Assembly (NCBI GenBank): GCA_041665085.1
Contig: JBAYJO010000002.1
Location: 19,413 to 83,412 of the forward strand
Source of the DNA: Patescibacteria group bacterium
GTDB taxonomy: Bacteria; Patescibacteriota; UBA1384; JBAYJO01
DNA length: 64,000 nt
Direction: 5' to 3'
Shown one piece after another: positions 59,850-64,000 of the stretch (the first letter of the stretch is position 1; every line of letters starts with the position of its first letter). The notes beneath the pieces are model-generated. The model saw nothing but the letters and a program-made list of their open reading frames with translations. It was not told where the DNA came from and did not search any database. Made by a program: the position numbers and the translations under genes.

Positions 59850-61688
59850 TTATTCCACTATTATATTCCAACAGGCTTGAGAATTAAACCAACCTACCCC
59901 ATCGATAACAGGATCAAAACATTCCAAATAATTTCCCTTTTGGCTAGGAGCAGTAATATCGATAGTGAAAGTACCATCATCTCCATAAGCAGTGCCATAA
60001 GATTGGAGATTTCCTCTTGCGTTAGCGCCTCCGGTGAAAACACTACCTCTGTCTCGTGGGTTTGTTTGACCAAGATAAATTGGATTTCTAGTTGGACCTC
60101 CTGCACGATACCAATTTGCGCCGGAAAGATTTTTGTATTTAATACCTAAAGTAGCCGTCTCTCCTGGTGCAAGATGGATTTTTGCATCAGCTGTATATGG
60201 CCATTGTGTTACATATTGAGCTCTTAAAGGATTACCAACTATAAATTCCCAATATACTTCAGTATTCATCCACGCAATTCCTTCCATGACAGGTCTGAAA
60301 TGCTCACCATAAACTCCCGGCTTTGAAGGTAATGTAATATCAAACTCAAAAGTCCCAACGCCATTCGGAGATACCGATGCCTCTGTCAAACTAGCAGCTC
60401 GGTTAGAGTTTACCCAAGAGCTTACTCTATCTCTTGGACTATCTGCACCTAAATGTACTGCGTTAGATCCATTTCTATACCAAGTATAAGGAGAATTATT
60501 TTTAAACTGAACTGTTGCTGTAACTGTTTGACCGGGAGATATTGGATTGCCATAAGAACCGGGTCCGGAAAATGGACCTTGAGTTCCATTAACATATTGA
60601 GCAGTAGGACTAACAACTTCTAAACTCCAAGAAAGGCAAGTGTTCATCCATGTTTTATATTCAGCCAATAATTCAAATTGCTCTGTGTATGTGCCAAAAG
60701 AACTCGGGGCAGTCGCATTAAAGGTAAAGGTTGTAGATTCTCCTGACGCAACCTCGCTATCAGCCATTTCTGCTCGAACATTAGCATTATTCAAAAAAAT
60801 ACTGTTTCGATCATGGGGACTAGAGGTTCCTAAATGAATCGGATTATTACCGTTTTTATACCAAGTAGCGGACCCGATATTCATTACCTGAACCCACAGA
60901 GTCATAGCTTCTCCCGGAACAAGTTTATAGCCATATGAACCGGCTCCATTATATGGACCTTGGGCAGTGATTTGAGCTGCGTATTCGGACATTAAAAACC
61001 AATTATTATATTTTTCCCAGAAATTGTGATTTCCATAATATATATAGGGAGTATAAATATACAAAGCTCGAGAAGCTTTATTAGCACATACCGAAGTAGA
61101 ACCGGCTCTATCTGAATATGTTTGAATATCATAGCATGCACCAGCTGCTGCTCTGTTGTAATTATTTTTTAATTGATTGGCGCCATAAGCAATTTGATTG
61201 CCTATTCCCTCAATCTCACCATAATTATCTTCATATGGACTTCCATCATAAAAACCCCATCCCATAGCTCTTCTTAAAGCATAATCATTACCGTATAAAA
61301 ATCTATCCGGATCCTGATCTGAAAAAAAACCTTGCTCTCTATATAGTATCGTTAAAATCACTCTAGGATTAATTCCGTGTTGGTGAGCTTCGTCATAAAT
61401 TGTTTGAGCAACTGACTTGCCGGCATTAACTTGATCGGATGGAATAGTATAATCTTTCAAAAGCGATTTTTTGTTATTTTTACTGTTTGTATGATTATTT
61501 ATAAAATTTTGAATATCAGACAAACTCATTGAGCTAGAATTTATAAATTCACCATCTGAAATAATATTATTGTAATCAAAACTTGCGGCTTGGGCCTTTG
61601 GGACAGACTTAAAAACACTCTTAAAATCAATATTTAAGCCACTTAAAATTACTCCTATGGCAACTATATAAATTATAGTTTTTTTCAT
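59850..61688 (-). CDS. Secreted protein: lysozyme-like N-terminal domain plus three Ig-like (NBR1-like) repeats
   Basis: Signal/TM then AQA; INPRVIL.ILYREQG, AMGWG, ALYIYTPY; three repeats of PGE..T..V..KN...TWY..G.N..HLG...PRDR.S. Confidence 0.65.
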   Translation of the reverse strand: MKKTIIYIVAIGVILSGLNIDFKSVFKSVPKAQAASFDYNNIISDGEFINSSSMSLSDIQNFINNHTNSKNNKKSLLKDYTIPSDQVNAGKSVAQTIYDEAHQHGINPRVILTILYREQGFFSDQDPDRFLYGNDYALRRAMGWGFYDGSPYEDNYGEIEGIGNQIAYGANQLKNNYNRAAAGACYDIQTYSDRAGSTSVCANKASRALYIYTPYIYYGNHNFWEKYNNWFLMSEYAAQITAQGPYNGAGSYGYKLVPGEAMTLWVQVMNIGSATWYKNGNNPIHLGTSSPHDRNSIFLNNANVRAEMADSEVASGESTTFTFNATAPSSFGTYTEQFELLAEYKTWMNTCLSWSLEVVSPTAQYVNGTQGPFSGPGSYGNPISPGQTVTATVQFKNNSPYTWYRNGSNAVHLGADSPRDRVSSWVNSNRAASLTEASVSPNGVGTFEFDITLPSKPGVYGEHFRPVMEGIAWMNTEVYWEFIVGNPLRAQYVTQWPYTADAKIHLAPGETATLGIKYKNLSGANWYRAGGPTRNPIYLGQTNPRDRGSVFTGGANARGNLQSYGTAYGDDGTFTIDITAPSQKGNYLECFDPVIDGVGWFNSQACWNIIVE

Positions 61689-61740
61689 AAGCTCCTTTTT
61701 ATGTCTACATATATATTAAAGTAAAAAAAATGGGCTTTTG

Positions 61741-62427
61741 TCAAATCTGCTTGAAGTCGCCGCGGCAAATGGCGATGGCCCAGATTTTTTTGACTCCGGC
61801 TAGTTTTAAAATTCGAGCGACTTCCTCAACTGTGGCACCGGTTGTGATTACATCATCAACCAGCAGGACATTTGATATTTTATCTTCACTATCCCAAGTG
61901 AAGCTGCCACGAAGATTATTTTTTCTATCTCGTGCTTTTAGCTCTTTTTGAGGGCCAGTATATTTTATTTTTTTAAGAGATGTATTTATTGGCCAGTTGA
62001 AATGCTTGGAAATCTCCTCGGCCAAAAGCGCTGATTGATTATATCCTCTATCTCGAAGTTTTTTGGGATGCAGCGGAATTGGAATTATTGTGAAATTTTT
62101 CAAATCATTTTCTTCAAGTGTATTTATAAGTAATTTGCTTAAACTTTTTGCAATATCAAAAACATCATGGTATTTCATTTCGATTATTGCTTCCCTAGTC
62201 GCTCCTCCATAATGACAAGAAATCAATACACCAGATAAATTGCTTTTAGTTTTACATTTTTTGCAAACTTTGCCCTTTTCACTAACTCGATTGCAAAGAT
62301 AGCAAGTTTGCGTTTTTATAATATTTAACTTTTCCAAACATTTCTCACAAAACCAATCGTTTTCTTCCCCGCAGACAAAACAATTTTTTGGAAAAATCGT
62401 ATCTAATAACAGCTCTTTTATATTCAT
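61741..62427 (-). CDS. comF: ComF family phosphoribosyltransferase-like competence protein
   Basis: N-terminal CxxC clusters, PIPLH, RGYNQS, LLVDDVITTGAT. Confidence 0.92.
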   Translation of the reverse strand: MNIKELLLDTIFPKNCFVCGEENDWFCEKCLEKLNIIKTQTCYLCNRVSEKGKVCKKCKTKSNLSGVLISCHYGGATREAIIEMKYHDVFDIAKSLSKLLINTLEENDLKNFTIIPIPLHPKKLRDRGYNQSALLAEEISKHFNWPINTSLKKIKYTGPQKELKARDRKNNLRGSFTWDSEDKISNVLLVDDVITTGATVEEVARILKLAGVKKIWAIAICRGDFKQI

Positions 62428-62471
62428 AAATTTTATTTATTAATAAACTTATCTTTATGATAATATAAAAT

Positions 62472-62940
62472 AAATTACAATACACAAATCCCAAAATACA
62501 AATAAATAACAAAAAACAATGAATGAAACAAAACCAGACAAAAAATATGATTTAGAAGATAGAACATTAAAATTCGCTGAAAATAGTGCTGTATTAGTCA
62601 AATCATTACCAAGAAATTTGATTAACTTAGAATATTCTAAACAATTTATTAGATCTTCCGCTTCGATAGGAGCAAATTACATCGAAGCAAATGAAGCATT
62701 AAGCAAAAAAGATTTTTTGATGAGAGTAAAAATATCTAGAAAAGAAGCTAAAGAAACTTTTTTTTGGTTAGTTTTATTAGAAAAAAATAATTCAACAGAA
62801 ATCCAAAAAATGGTAATACCTCTTAAGCAAGAAGTGACTGAATTGAAAAAAATCTTTTCTGCAATTATAATAAAATAGGATTTATTTTAGATTTGATTAT
62901 TTGATATTATTTGTAATTTGTAATTTGAAATTTGTAATTT
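62472..62940. mobile_element. Putative four-helix-bundle cassette 2 with CAAATTA-periodic inverted arms
   Basis: Left AAATTACAATACACAAATCCCAAAATACAAATAAAT versus reverse complement of right AAATTACAAATTTCAAATTACAAATTACAAATAAT. Confidence 0.55.
62519..62878 (+). CDS. Four-helix bundle protein
   Basis: YDLEDRT, QFIRSSASIGANYIEANEALSKKDF..R..ISRKEAKET.FWL. Confidence 0.92.
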   Translation: MNETKPDKKYDLEDRTLKFAENSAVLVKSLPRNLINLEYSKQFIRSSASIGANYIEANEALSKKDFLMRVKISRKEAKETFFWLVLLEKNNSTEIQKMVIPLKQEVTELKKIFSAIIIK

Positions 62941-62957
62941 AATCATAAGGAGGAAAT

Positions 62958-63347
62958 ATGGCTAAAGATCAACCAAAAGACCTAATAAATGACGAGGATT
63001 GGATGGAAGAATACGAGGGGCAACTGGCAATTGATGTTTATCAAACTGATGATGACATTGTGATTAAAGCTCCGATTGCTGGCGTAAAACCAGAGGATTT
63101 GGAAATATCGATCACTGATGATGTTGTTGTTATTAAAGGTGAAAGAAAAACAAACGCTGAAACAACTCGTGAAAATTATTATAGTCAGGAGTGTTATTGG
63201 GGAAGTTTTTCCAGATCCTATGCTCTACCGGTTGCAGTTGATAGCGAAAAAGCTCAAGCCGGACTAAAAGATGGAATTTTAACAATAGTTATTCCAAGAA
63301 TTGAAAAGAGCAAAACTCGAGTTTTGAAAATCCAGGCTGAAGACTAG
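62958..63347 (+). CDS. Hsp20/alpha-crystallin small heat-shock protein
   Basis: IDVYQTD, PIAGVKPEDLEI, ECYWGSFSRS..LP, A.LKDGILTI.IP; TAAGGAGG SD. Confidence 0.93.
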   Translation: MAKDQPKDLINDEDWMEEYEGQLAIDVYQTDDDIVIKAPIAGVKPEDLEISITDDVVVIKGERKTNAETTRENYYSQECYWGSFSRSYALPVAVDSEKAQAGLKDGILTIVIPRIEKSKTRVLKIQAED

Positions 63348-63348
63348 T

Positions 63349-63802
63349 TTAATTTTAAATTTCAAATTTTAAATGAATTTTAAAAAATGAATGATAAAAA
63401 TAAAATTTTTGATTTAGAAGAAAGAACGGCAAATTTTGGTGAAGATGTAATAGAATTCTGTCAAAATTGTAAAATTAATATTATTACTAAACCAATCATT
63501 AGCCAGATTATTAGATCGTCTACCAGCATAGGGGCAAATTATATGGAAGCAAATGGCGCAAGTTCCAAAAAAGATTTTAGAAATAAAATTCATTTTTGCA
63601 AAAAAGAAGCGCAGGAAACAAAACATTGGTTAAGAATGATGATTAAAGCAGATTCTGAATCAAAAGATATATCAACAAAATTATGGACTGAAGCCCAAGA
63701 GCTAACATTAATTTTCGGTAAAATTGCCGGTTCTTCAAAATAATTTTTAAAATTTGTTATTTAAAATTGAATTAGAATTTATAATTTAAAATTTATAATT
63801 AA
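63349..63802. mobile_element. Putative four-helix-bundle cassette 3 with heptamer-periodic inverted arms
   Basis: Left TTAATTTTAAATTTCAAATTTTAAATGAATTTTAAA versus reverse complement of right TTAATTATAAATTTTAAATTATAAATTCTAATTCAATTTTAAA. Confidence 0.55.
63387..63743 (+). CDS. Four-helix bundle protein, close paralogue of 34952-35320
   Basis: Shares SIGANYMEANGASSKKDF and CKKEAQETKHWLRM exactly with the 34952 copy. Confidence 0.92.
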   Translation: MNDKNKIFDLEERTANFGEDVIEFCQNCKINIITKPIISQIIRSSTSIGANYMEANGASSKKDFRNKIHFCKKEAQETKHWLRMMIKADSESKDISTKLWTEAQELTLIFGKIAGSSK

Positions 63803-63812
63803 CCTGATATTT

Positions 63813-64000
63813 ATGAAAAAAATTCGTAAAGCGGTAATACCAGCGGCGGGATTTGGAACAAGATTTTTACCTGCCACCAAGGCAATGCCGAAAGAAATGA
63901 TGCCGGTTGTTGATAAACCGGTTATTCAATATGTGGTTGAAAATGCAGTTGCATCAGGTATCGAGCAAATAATTATTATTACCGGTCTTAATAAACGAGC
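63813..64000 (+). CDS. galU: UTP--glucose-1-phosphate uridylyltransferase, N-terminal fragment
   Basis: [40 protein letters not shown]. Confidence 0.92.
   Translation, partial: MKKIRKAVIPAAGFGTRFLPATKAMPKEMMPVVDKPVIQYVVENAVASGIEQIIIITGLNKR

Noticed and set aside
34952-63743. Diversity-generating retroelement suggested by bAvd-like proteins
   Set aside because: No reverse transcriptase and no template/variable repeat pair seen in the window.

Overview
AT-rich bacterial chromosomal segment using standard code 11 (TGA is used as a stop). Gene content and repeat style suggest a CPR/Patescibacteria genome (inference). Left part (1-19 kb): housekeeping genes (ndk fragment, M16 peptidase, uppP, PAP2, XerC/D-like recombinase, ychF-rpsF-ssb-rpsR-efp, groES/groEL, phosphomannomutase, VanW protein, membrane pyrophosphatase). 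19-30 kb: a minus-strand surface-glycan operon (GT2/GT4, Wzx, two O-antigen ligase-like proteins). 30-35 kb: a tRNA islet with tRNA-Arg(GCG), tRNA-Ser(GCT), tRNA-Ser(TGA), an orphan tRNA-Ser 5' half, a HEPN/MNT toxin-antitoxin pair and REP-like palindromes. 35-62 kb: a large glycan locus with pseB/C/F/I but no recognisable pseG/pseH, plus acs, WbqC, a PIG-L deacetylase and two damaged methyltransferases. Right end: comF, hsp20 and a galU fragment. Most unusual signals: (1) inverted-repeat elements with periodic 7-9 bp arms, present as three cassettes enclosing four-helix-bundle genes, as solo arms, and as an inverted pair of ~105 bp elements (inner arms 37/38 identical) enclosing groES; (2) three GC-rich solo genes, each closed by a GCCC...GGGC hairpin; (3) a tRNA-Ser 5' half interrupted in the anticodon by a 138-nt double hairpin. 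All assignments come from reading motifs by eye; no database searches were run.
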